Source: a virus | Length of the DNA stretch: 64,000 nt | Direction: 5' to 3' (one strand) | Virus record (IMG/VR): IMGVR_UViG_3300050019_000176 | Location: 1-64,000 of that record | Shown: piece by piece, positions 36,596 through 47,028 of the stretch | Layout of the letters: every line of letters starts with the position of its first letter | How positions within the stretch are numbered: the stretch's first letter is position 1 | The notes under the pieces: generated by a model | Seen by the model: the letters and a program-made list of their open reading frames with translations, nothing else | Database searches by the model: none | What the model was told of the DNA's origin: nothing | Translations under genes and position numbers: made by a program

Positions 36596-38458
36596 ATGTA
36601 TGCGCTGCCCCGTGGTTCCATTTACCGCGAAGATGGAGAGACCCAGTTTGACACAGGGTCTGGGTCATCTGGCTACATTCGGGCACTGGGAACGTGGCAG
36701 CAGGGTGCGGCTGAGGAAGCTACCCGCACCGCCCGACTGAACGTCGAACTCGATCACATCGCCCGCTACATCAGTTTCATTCAGGGGAACCATTGGGATC
36801 CGCGCCGACCGCGGTACAAGTCCAGATTCGTGGACAATCGCGTGGGGAAGACCCGCTTCGATGTGCTGTCTCTGCTGACCAACCCCCGCCCCGTATTCGA
36901 TGTTGGCACGAAGGTGGCAGAGTATCAGGACACCGCCGATGCCATCGAAGGGGTCATCCGCCACGAATGGCTCCACAACGATATGGACCTGAGCCTTGTG
37001 ACGGCCACCGACATCTGCATGGCCTACGGAACGTCGTTCTGGAAGCAAGGTGCTTGCAAGCCCGGGATGATGAGGGTTTCGCCGTGTGGGCCGGATCAGG
37101 TTATGCCGATCCAACCGGGAATGCACATCCAGGAATCCTCGGCTGTCTTGTACAAGACATACAAGCCGGTCCACTGGGCGCGGTCGCGGTTCCCCTTCCG
37201 GGCGGAGGACATTGAGCGAGAGGCGGCAGCGATCGACATCCGAACGGCCGCCGGCACGTCGACGTATGCGCGTCCAGGCCATATCGAGGAGTACGTCTGG
37301 CAGGGATTATCTCCGCAAATGCGGAGAATCGTCGGTGTGCGGCAGGAACCAACCGCCGCCGGCCAGGACTTCTTCAAGTCCTTGGAGATCAGGGAGTTCT
37401 ACGTCGATGACCCAGAAGTGAATGAGTCGAAGGAAACGGTGATCATGCGTGACCCGTACCTTTCGCTCGATGCCCACAACTGGTGGTACAGGGTCCGTCC
37501 CGGAGAGCGACTGTACCCACGGAAGCGGTTGCTGATCTTCGCTGGGCGCCGCGTCCTGTACGATGGCCCATCGCCGTTCATCCACGGGCTCTACCCCTTC
37601 TCGATGCTTCGGCTGAACCCGGTGTTCTATTCGTTCTGGGGTCTGTCGAAGTACCGTGATCTGATCCCATTGAACATGGCGATCAACGAGATCGTGGCCG
37701 GCGGACTGGACATGATCAAGCGGACACTGAATCCGCAGGCCATTACCAAGGAGAACGCCGTCAGCCAATCTGCGTGGCGCGAGTTCTTCAGCGATATGCC
37801 GGGTGCCAAGTTGCGCCTGCAGAACAACGCCAACCCCGCGACGGACTTCAAGTACCTGGATTCGCCGAAGATCTCGGCGGATGTCTTCACGATGTTGCAG
37901 GGTTGGTTGGATCCGGAGTACCAGAAGATGTCCGGCATGTTCGATGTGACCGGCCTGATGGGAAAGAACCAAGTCCCCGGCGGCGACACGGTCGAGCAGA
38001 TGCGCGATTCGCAGCAGACCGGTACCCAACTGGAGGGCCGCTACCTGGAAGCGTTCATCCGCGATGCCGGTGTCCAGGCCGTTCCGAACGTGGTCCAGTT
38101 CTACACCGCCAGCCGGACGATGCAGATCCTCGGTGCCGCTGGGCTGGTACTGGCGCACGCCGATTGCAAGCCGGGAGAATTCACGCCGGCGGGTGTCGAC
38201 CAAAGCCTATTCGCGAAGACGTTCGAGATGTCCATCGAACCGGGATCGCTGAGAAGTGGACACCATGATCGCGACAAACAGGTAGCAATTCAACTTGTAG
38301 CGATGGGCCTGATACCGATCAAAAAATTCTACCGGATCATGGAGTTCACGGACGCCGACCAAATGCTGGAAGAACTCAAAGAGCAATCGTCGGCCGGAAT
38401 TTCTCCCGGTGCTGGTCCCAGGATGACGCGGGGCCAGAAAAACGGCCAAGCGGCCTGA
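36596..38458 (+). CDS. Portal protein
   Basis: 620 aa between terminase and scaffold; podoviral portal-like YPF..FWG..L motifs. Confidence 0.85.
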   Translation: MYALPRGSIYREDGETQFDTGSGSSGYIRALGTWQQGAAEEATRTARLNVELDHIARYISFIQGNHWDPRRPRYKSRFVDNRVGKTRFDVLSLLTNPRPVFDVGTKVAEYQDTADAIEGVIRHEWLHNDMDLSLVTATDICMAYGTSFWKQGACKPGMMRVSPCGPDQVMPIQPGMHIQESSAVLYKTYKPVHWARSRFPFRAEDIEREAAAIDIRTAAGTSTYARPGHIEEYVWQGLSPQMRRIVGVRQEPTAAGQDFFKSLEIREFYVDDPEVNESKETVIMRDPYLSLDAHNWWYRVRPGERLYPRKRLLIFAGRRVLYDGPSPFIHGLYPFSMLRLNPVFYSFWGLSKYRDLIPLNMAINEIVAGGLDMIKRTLNPQAITKENAVSQSAWREFFSDMPGAKLRLQNNANPATDFKYLDSPKISADVFTMLQGWLDPEYQKMSGMFDVTGLMGKNQVPGGDTVEQMRDSQQTGTQLEGRYLEAFIRDAGVQAVPNVVQFYTASRTMQILGAAGLVLAHADCKPGEFTPAGVDQSLFAKTFEMSIEPGSLRSGHHDRDKQVAIQLVAMGLIPIKKFYRIMEFTDADQMLEELKEQSSAGISPGAGPRMTRGQKNGQAA

Positions 38459-38563
38459 AAGAACATCCTCGGCAAGAAATTTGTGGACGCCAATTTCTCC
38501 ACAGGCGAAAATAGGGTTGTGGAAGGTAACAGAAACAAGTAGTTGCGCCGATACTGAGCGCGG

Positions 38564-39313
38564 ATGGTACAAACTATGAAAAATCAGCAATCCTTTGGCG
38601 AGAAGGCACCCTTGAAGAAAGGCCCGAACTCAATGGAGCGTGAAGGGTTCACGGGCGGCCACACCCAGAGTTTCGCGACCAAGGCGCCGCTGGTGAAGAA
38701 TGCGCCGAAGGCCGACACCTACACCGGGTGCCCCGACGGCACGCGCCAGTCCTTCGGCGAGAAGGCTAAGTTGGATCGGACCCCGCGCCGGGAGTGGGAC
38801 AGTTTCTCGACGCCGGCCTCGACGGACCGGTCGACGAAGTAACCCCGGCTTGCCGGGAATGTCTTGGGCAAGACATCTGGACATCGACCCAAGACTTGAG
38901 GTGCGTCTATGGCTCCTTCGGGAAGCTCGGGAAGGGATTATTCGATGCCGCCGCTGCCGCCGGATGTGACGGCGCAGCAGCAACCGCCGATCGCCCGCTA
39001 TGCGCAGGCGCAGCAGACCGGTAACTCCGGCCCGGCGAGCACTCCGGACCCGTCGCACGGCGATGGGGCGAACATGGGATTCGTCAATGACTGCATGGGG
39101 CAAATCGCCCAGTTATTGACCAAGGTCGTGAAGGTAGTCGAAGTGGCACGGCCTGAACTGATGCCGATCTTGCAGCGAATGGCGCAGATGGGCAGCATGT
39201 TGACAAACGAAATTCAGTCGTCGAAGTCTCCGCAAGGAACGGGTTCCTCGCTGGCTCCCCCACAGGCGCAAATGGCCCCAGGGGAAGGCGCGGGTTCGGT
39301 CGGGATGTCGTAA
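38564..39313 (+). CDS. Two small head-module proteins (38564-38842; 38909-39313)
   Basis: QSFGEKA repeat in the first; Gln/Pro-rich second. Confidence 0.55.
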
Positions 39314-39356
39314 CTGTCCCAGATCCCCGAACTGGCTGCGTGTAGGCTAAGTCTCT

Positions 39357-40244
39357 ATGGCAAAAAACAATAACGCTTTTGACAATCTGCTGGCGTCGGC
39401 TTCCTGGGGAACCCCGGAGAGTCGGCAGGCATTCGAGGAACTGGCCACCAAGGAGCCATTTCTCAAAGAAGCGGTCATGTTGCGGTCGGACTACTCCAGG
39501 AATCTGGACGAACTCAAGCCCAAACTGGCGAAAGCCGAGGCGTGGGACACGTGGGAATCCGATAACTGGGATTTCGAACACAACATGACGAAAGCTGAGT
39601 ACGTGCTGACACAGCGGAATCTGGACATCCAGACCAGCCTGGAGACGGCCGCACTGGGAAAAGGGGGCGAAGTGACATTCGACGATTTGAACAAGCACCT
39701 GGATGCAAAGATCAAGGCGCTGGGGATCGACCCGGCGAAACTCGTGAAGCAGGAAGATTTCGACAAGGCAGTCGGCAGCAAGGTTGAGGAAGCGCGGAAC
39801 TACAACAACTACACCGCGAATCTGGCCACCCGGGCGACGTACTGCATGCTGAAGCACAAAGAAGAATTCGGCGAGATTCTGGATCCGAACGATCTGTTCA
39901 AGTTCGCGCAGGAGAAGGGCATCAGCGACATCGATGACGCCCACGCCAAGATGGTCGCGGACAAACGGCAGGCGAGGATCGACGCCAAGATCGCCGACGA
40001 GAAGAAGGCCGAACGTGAAGCCGGCCGGAAGGAAGGGCTCCAGGAGCGCGCGATGGGTGAATCGAACATGCCCACCGCCGACGGCTCCCCAGACATGGGG
40101 CACTTCCAGAAACGGCTGCTTTCCATCGGCGAGAAGAAAGACGGCGCCGGCGTGGTCGACGAAAGCGTTGGCCTCGGCCAGGGTGTCGCACAGCATGCTG
40201 CTCGGGTGTACGAGCAGAGGGCTATCGAGCAACGTAGCGCCTGA
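39357..40244 (+). CDS. Scaffolding protein
   Basis: Charged helical protein just before the capsid gene. Confidence 0.65.
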   Translation: MAKNNNAFDNLLASASWGTPESRQAFEELATKEPFLKEAVMLRSDYSRNLDELKPKLAKAEAWDTWESDNWDFEHNMTKAEYVLTQRNLDIQTSLETAALGKGGEVTFDDLNKHLDAKIKALGIDPAKLVKQEDFDKAVGSKVEEARNYNNYTANLATRATYCMLKHKEEFGEILDPNDLFKFAQEKGISDIDDAHAKMVADKRQARIDAKIADEKKAEREAGRKEGLQERAMGESNMPTADGSPDMGHFQKRLLSIGEKKDGAGVVDESVGLGQGVAQHAARVYEQRAIEQRSA

Positions 40245-40317
40245 ACTCCCGGCGTGGCGCGTTGACTTCGGTGGCGAACATAGGGGTAGTTTTAACTGAG
40301 CCTTGTGAGGGGTATCC

Positions 40318-42149
40318 ATGGCACTCTCTATCACCGAAGTCAATGCGTTCACCCAACAGGAGTTGGTTCCGCGAACCACTGACGTAATCTTCAAGCAGTC
40401 GCCGCTGTTCGTGCGTTTGATGAATCGCCGGGCGATCAAGATCGACGGCGGCACGCAGATAAACTAAGAGGTAGCCTGTGTCTGCGTTAAATCTGGCTAT
40501 ATCGGTGGAACTCCTTGAACAACCGGGCTACAACGGGCACGGCAAGGACAATACCGAGGTAAGACTGGGCTGAAATGAAAGAAATCAACCAACTCACGGA
40601 ACCGCAGGTAGCGTACCTGGCAGGCTTGATCGACGGCGAAGGCACGATCTGCATGTCCAAGTGTAACCACGCAACCGGCGACCGTAAGGTTCGGTATCGG
40701 GTGAGGCTTACGGTCGTGGCGACCACCTCGCTGGAAATGCTGGACTGGTTGGTCTCTGAAATTGGCGCTATACCCACCAAGGTCGGCACCCCAAAGTCTC
40801 CCAAGCATAGGCAGGGATGGAGGGTTTCTCTAGCCGAGAAGCAGGCGGAACAGCTTCTTGAGCGGGCGATGCCGTACCTGGTGATCAAAAAGCGCCAAGC
40901 AGGTCTCTACTTGCGATACCGGAGTCTCCAGAAAGCGTGTGGCAATCCAGCGCTCCGGTTGTCCAAGGAAAAGATGAAGGCAATGCGAGTGATCCGAGAC
41001 TGCTTCTTGCAGGAATTCCGGAAACTGAATGCCAAAGGCCCAGAAACCGTATCGACTAATACGCCAGACATGATTTCCGAGTTTGAAATCATGAAGATAG
41101 AGTCAGGACTGCATGGTAACATGCAGAGGGTAAACGGTGACGTTGCCCCGCCTACGGTACTGCAGTAACCCGTAGGTCATCAAGTAACAGAGCGTCAACG
41201 CCCGATCCAATACGCGAAACTAAACGGCGGGTTCTTCCAGCGCGGCGATTCCTTCAATACCGCCTTCGTGCAGACCGACACGGCCTTCCTTGTCAACTGG
41301 AAGCACGCGTACGTCAACATCACGCTTTACGGCACCGATGACGTGCTGAACCGCGGGCGCAACGCCGCGTTCTCCCAGGTGGAGTCGAAGTTCTCCAACG
41401 CGTCGATGCGTATTGCCGAGATCATCGCCAAGTCCATGTACATGGACGGCCAGGCGACCGTCGGCGCCACCGGCACCACCGGCAGCGATCCGTACTTCAC
41501 GCCGGCCACGTCCCTGGACGGACTGGCGGCCTGGATCGACGATGGCAACAGCAATTCCACCACGTACTCCGCCGCGACGACTCTGTTGAAGTCGTATCTG
41601 GCGGTGGGCGGCATCACCCGCAGCGACCTGTTTGCGACGGCCCCGACCTTCACCGGTGCGGTCACCCCGAACTCCGCAGTCGCCGGTGCCAATGCCTACA
41701 CTCTGCGCAGTTTCAATTCGTTCACGCTGTTGGACGTGCAGAACGCCTTCGGCGCCGCGTGGTACGGCAACGAGTACCCCGACCTGATCGTCTGCAACAT
41801 GAACGCGTTCAATAAGTTCTGGAATGCCGTCCAGTCCCTGCAACGCTACAACGACGAGCAGGCGGACGTGGCCAAGGTCGGCTTCCGGACCTTCCGGTTC
41901 AACGGCCTAACCGAAGTGACGGTGGACAAGTACATCCCCGACGATGGCACCAACGGCATGCTGTTCGGCCTGAACACCAACTACGTGGAACTGTACACCA
42001 CCAGCAATCCGCGGTTCCAGTTCGGGTTCACCGGCTTCAAGGACGACCAGAAGACCATCGACCTCGCGGGACAGTTCCTGTGGGCCGGAAATTTGGTCTG
42101 CGCCAACCCAAGGACCTCGTTCAAGATGGTGGGAACTGCTTTGCTGTAA
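40318..42149 (+). CDS. Major capsid protein, spliced: join(40318..40460,41195..42149), 365 aa
   Basis: Joining restores ..IDGGTQ-I-QRPIQYAKL..; C-terminal GNLVCANPR. Confidence 0.85.
40461..41194 (+). mobile_element. Group I intron in the capsid gene
   Basis: P1 ACGCAGAT/GTCTGCGT with U-G; P3 TCTGGC/GCCAGA; Q AATACCGAG; R ATCGACTA; S AAGATAGAGTC; terminal G. Confidence 0.88.
40575..41168 (+). CDS. LAGLIDADG homing endonuclease (intron-encoded)
   Basis: YLAGLIDGEG..PYLVIKKRQA. Confidence 0.92.
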   Translation: MKEINQLTEPQVAYLAGLIDGEGTICMSKCNHATGDRKVRYRVRLTVVATTSLEMLDWLVSEIGAIPTKVGTPKSPKHRQGWRVSLAEKQAEQLLERAMPYLVIKKRQAGLYLRYRSLQKACGNPALRLSKEKMKAMRVIRDCFLQEFRKLNAKGPETVSTNTPDMISEFEIMKIESGLHGNMQRVNGDVAPPTVLQ

Positions 42150-42207
42150 ACGACTTAGCGATGTGGGCTGCACTCAAATGTAGCCCACATAAACTGAGGA
42201 ATTTGCC

Positions 42208-42825
42208 ATGAATAGGCTCAACATCTTCGAAGACGTCACCTCGCTTGCAGCGTCCACCACGCTAGGCTACGGTCCGGGGCAAACCATCCCGGCCAGCCTG
42301 ATGCTGGTCACTGCTGCCGCTACGATTACCCTGCCGCCGATCCTGACCTCGACGCAGACGGTACTTCCCGGTCTCGTGACCGAGGGCGCTGGCTCTATCG
42401 AGATCACAATCCGCAGCGCAGTGGCTGGCACTGTGGCGCTGGCCGCCGCGTCCGGCGACACGCTGAACGATGCCTACAACCTGTCCGAGGTTGGCGCCCT
42501 GGTCACGCTTCGGTCCAATCCTTCGGATCGGAAGTGGTATCGGGTAAGGTCCGGCCTGACCAAAGGCTACCGGACGGTGGCAACCGGCGGAACCCTGTCG
42601 GCCAATGACCGAATCGTCACCATCATCGGCGCCGGAACGACGGTTGTGCCAGCGCCATCCGCTGTCGAAGTTGGCATGCCGCTGACCATCCTGAATGTCA
42701 CAGCAAGCCAAACTATCAATCCTTCGGTGAGTGAGACCTTCGATGGATTGGCTCACGTTACGCTCGCCGGGTATGGCAAGGTAACGCTGGTCACCGATGG
42801 CACCAACTGGATTTCCATCGCCTAA
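42208..42825 (+). CDS. Capsid decoration/minor structural protein, copy 1
   Basis: Follows the capsid gene; ends VTDGTNW. Confidence 0.65.
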   Translation: MNRLNIFEDVTSLAASTTLGYGPGQTIPASLMLVTAAATITLPPILTSTQTVLPGLVTEGAGSIEITIRSAVAGTVALAAASGDTLNDAYNLSEVGALVTLRSNPSDRKWYRVRSGLTKGYRTVATGGTLSANDRIVTIIGAGTTVVPAPSAVEVGMPLTILNVTASQTINPSVSETFDGLAHVTLAGYGKVTLVTDGTNWISIA

Positions 42826-42839
42826 GAGAGGAAAATATC

Positions 42840-43457
42840 ATGAACAGGCTCAACATCTTCGACGACGTCACCTCGCTTGCGGCGAGCACCACGCTGGGTT
42901 ATGGACCGGGGCAGACGATCCCCGCCAGCCTCATGTTGGTCACCGCCGCCGCTACCATCACCCTCCCACCCATTCTGACCTCGACCCAGACGGTGCTCCC
43001 CGGCCTTGTGACCGAGGGTTGCGGATCGATCGAGTTCACGATTCGCAGTGCCGTCGCCGGCACTGTCGTCCTGGCCGCTGCATCCGGCGACACGCTGAAC
43101 GACAGTTACAATCTGTCACAGGTCGGCTCCCAGGTTACCCTAAAGGCCAACCCGGCAGACCGGAAGTGGTACCGAACCAATGCCGGCGGAACCAAGGGAT
43201 ACCGAACGGTCGGCACCGGCGGAACTCTGACGGCTAACGACCAGGTCGTCAGCATCCAGGCCGCGGGCACGACCACGATGCCGGCGCCGGCTACGCTACA
43301 GATCGGCCAACCGCTGACCATTTACAATGTGGCGGCCAGCCAAACCCTGGCACCGGCGTCCGGCGAGAACTTCAACGGCGCAGCCAATATCACGCTCGGT
43401 GCGTTGGGCAAGGTGACGCTGATCACCGATGGCACCAACTGGCTGTCCATCGCGTAA
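42840..43457 (+). CDS. Capsid decoration/minor structural protein, copy 2
   Basis: 205-aa paralog of 42208-42825. Confidence 0.65.
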   Translation: MNRLNIFDDVTSLAASTTLGYGPGQTIPASLMLVTAAATITLPPILTSTQTVLPGLVTEGCGSIEFTIRSAVAGTVVLAAASGDTLNDSYNLSQVGSQVTLKANPADRKWYRTNAGGTKGYRTVGTGGTLTANDQVVSIQAAGTTTMPAPATLQIGQPLTIYNVAASQTLAPASGENFNGAANITLGALGKVTLITDGTNWLSIA

Positions 43458-43574
43458 CCCGAACATTCGGGAAAGCGGCGCTGGTCGTTGCGGGTTACAA
43501 GCCCGCCGCGGCCAGCGCCGATGTCTTGCACAAGACATTGGACATTTGGACAAAATAAGTGAAACAGGTGAACC

Positions 43575-46500
43575 GTGCAGTACAACGATACGCTGCAAAG
43601 TATGATCGGCTACGTCCGGAATGTCAAACCTAACTGTCCGGCCCCACTTTGTCGGCAATTTTTGAACTCGCGTATACGCCAGATCATTGATGCCAAGCCT
43701 AATTGGGCCGGACTGATCAAGTACACCACAGTCAAAATCCCAGATGCTTTTGTCAGCGGTTCCATCAATCTAACGTCCGGTTCCCCAGTCGTGGCAGGCG
43801 TTGCAGCCACGTTCCCCACCGATGACGTAGTCAATAGTGTCATTGCTGCTGGCGTAACAAGCACCGGCCTGCAATGGGTGGCTCCGGCATCGATGGACGG
43901 CATCACCGCGGACACCATCCTCTACGTCGATGCAGGTGGGACGAATCCCGAAATCGTCCCGGTCACCGAAGTCAGGTCCACCACGTTTCGGGCAAACTTC
44001 CGTTCGCCGCACAATGCGAACGTCCCCATCACCTGCTCCAGCCTATCGGGCCGGCAATTGGTCACCGGTCTGACCTACCCCATTTTCACGGTTCTGGCCG
44101 TCAAGGACAGTTCCACGCTCATCCTCGATGCTAAATGGAGCGGGACGTCACTGGCCAACATGTCGTACAGTATCCTGGGGATCTACTACACCTTCGCCAC
44201 CGATATTAAGGAAATCCTCAGCATCGTGGACCCGATCCAACCGCTGGAGCTTTCGATCCACGTTCCACAGCGGTACATCGCTGTCCGCGACCCGCGGCGA
44301 CAGACTGTCGGCTCGGCGCCGGAACTCTTCCTGGACCGTTCACCGAACCTGTGCGGAAATATGCAGTACGAGATCTACCCGCCGCAGTCCGCAGCCCGGC
44401 AGTTGAATATGCTCTATTACCAGCAGTGGCCGGACCTGGAAGCGCCCGGGGATCGACCACCGACGTTCATCAATCCCGGCGTGATACTTGATGGAGCGAT
44501 GGCGGACGCGAAGCGGCACAAGGCGGAAGCGAACGACATCTACTACGATCTTGCGGCAGCACAGTACTACGAGCAGCGATTCATGATGGGTCTCGGCGAT
44601 GCGATGAACGCCGACAACACCAAGGCGCAACAGCAACTGGAATGGAACTACCGGCAGTTGTACGGGATGGGCGGATTCGCCAGTAGCGGATCGTTCGCAC
44701 AACAGCATGACGTTGGAGGTTACCTTGACTACTAAGGAACGCATAACCCAGGAGATGTTATCGCCGGACACGCAGTTGGGTGGCCAGATCCACACCCCGC
44801 TCTCCGGGGCGCTGTTGGAGCGTCCGGAGACGGAAGACTATGGAGGCGACGGCATGTTCTCGGCACCGTCGCAGGCGCAGGCGAAGCAATACAGCGATGA
44901 CTGTGCGAAGTACTATAGTGCCCGCCAGTCATGGAGCGACCACACACAGCCCGGTGGCAAGACATTCGACTTCTCGGATGACGGCAACGACCGGATGGCG
45001 GAGTGCACGGCGGCCGTTCCGTCGAGGGATGACGCGGAAGAGGTTTGATGGAGAGGTCTATGAATAAAGATATGAGTGGTGATTCCTGGCTTGTTGTGGA
45101 ACTCGGCTTGGCGCTATTGGTCATCACGGTGTTCTCCTTCTTCTTCAGCCCGACCTACGCGAAATCAGTGGACCGAATCACCGACGTCCTGGCCATCGCG
45201 TTCACCTCCGTGATTAGTTACAAATTCGGTCGCACGATGCCACAACAAGCATCCGACCCGAAAGTAGGGCAGGCGTCAACGAGCGACGTCCATCAATCAT
45301 CCACGCAATTGCCACCAGAAGTAGTCCCTGGAAAATGAAACACCATGCCGCTGCTGACATTGAATTCGCTCGACCAAATGGTTCTCGGATGTCTGGAGAA
45401 TAACGACACTCTATATCTCCTGCGCGAGCGTACTGCGGCCATCAACGAAGCCATCAAGATCATCAATCTGCACACCGGATTCCTCCATACTTCGGCGAAC
45501 ATGGCCGGATGGAGTGTGGCCGGACGGCACTTCTATGACGTCCCTGCCGGAATGCTGATCCCGCTACGTATGGAATTCGAGGGACGCTACCTGCCACCCA
45601 TCGGACTTCGGGCGATTGGCCAGTCTTACCCGGACTGGATGAAGGAGACCACAGCGAACACTGGATGCCCCGTGGCGCGCTGGGTGCGCGCCGGCCTGAA
45701 GCGCATTGCGATCCATCCGGCCGATTCCATTGGTGGGCAGGACATGCTGTTCTACGGAGTGGCGGAGCCGACTCCGCTGGTCAATCCCACCGATACCATT
45801 CCACTGAACGACGAACTCGCCGATGAGATCAAGGACTACGCCGCGCACATCCTGCCATTCAAGGAGGGCGGGGCTATCTTCGCCGCGGCCAGCCTCTACT
45901 ACCAGGAGTTTATTCGCAAGCGTAAGAAGACGGAGAGGTGGCGCCAGATGGAGTGGCCGGCCTACTACGTCGAAATGAAGGTGGCAGCATGACCAACGTA
46001 AACGACATTTACGTAGAAACGTGTGATGCGTTTCTGGAACCAAATGGTCTCCAACTCGGACTGATCACCGAGGCAGACTTCCTGAAGTTCCTGTTCGAGA
46101 CACTGTCGGATTTCCTGATGACCGGACTCATCTGGAAGATGGTCTGTCTGGAGGGGCACGCTGGGCAGACAGATTACATTGAGCCTGACCAGATCACGGA
46201 CATCAGCGAAGCCTTTTGGAACGACGGATTCCTCAACGATACTAGCTCGTTCTCGCTGGACAATGCTGGCAGCGGTGAGGAGCCGGAACCGGGCAATCCG
46301 GAGGCGTGGTACGAAGACCACCTTCCGGTCAAGCGCATCCGCGTGTTGCCTCCGCCGGACGTGGAGGGATTCCAGGTGGGTGTGACCGGCGCTGGTTACG
46401 GTCTCCCGGCGAAGACTTCAGCGGCTAACGACTTCGATGTGGTCAGTGCTCCAGGCGGCCCATATTACGGAACAGTGGCTGGAGCACCGAAGGGGGCTGT

Positions 46501-47028
46501 CTTCGCGGAATCGCTCCAGGCAGGATACGGAATTCCGGCCAACATCGTGCCCAGCACCGGAAATCTGAAACTGGTAGGTACCGCTATACCTACCATCCTG
46601 ACTCTCACACTGGACACGCCGATCGAGTTCGTTCCGGACAGCTTCATCCCTTATTTGAAGTGGGGAGTTCTGGAGAAGATCCATTCAGTCGACGGAGAGG
46701 CCAAAAATTTGGCTTCCGCCAAGTATGCGGCGGCCAGGTACCTGGAAGGGAAAAATCTTGTAAACGCGATTTTCGGAGAGCCCACGGAGGCGTGATTATG
46801 GCAGATAGCGTAGTTATCCAATTCAGAAAGATCGTTCAGGAGGACTTCGCGTCCAGCGCCACTGCGGATGGGGCTACCACGACAACCATTATGGGGATCG
46901 GCGATGGTGTGCCGGTGCACGCGTTCATCGCTGCGGCGAACGATGCGGCGGCGGCGGCGCTGAACTGCGCTGTTGGGCAGGTTTACTGGTCGACGACGCT
47001 GAACGCGTTGGCGGTGAGGTTGATATGA
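43575..47028 (+). CDS. Head-tail adaptor/tail tubular-type genes (43575-44735, 45345-45992, 45989-46795) and small genes (44707-45048, 45045-45338 with 2 TM, 46798-47028)
   Basis: Adaptor-like motifs (IYPP, IHPA, LPPPD) and position in the structural operon. Confidence 0.6.
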
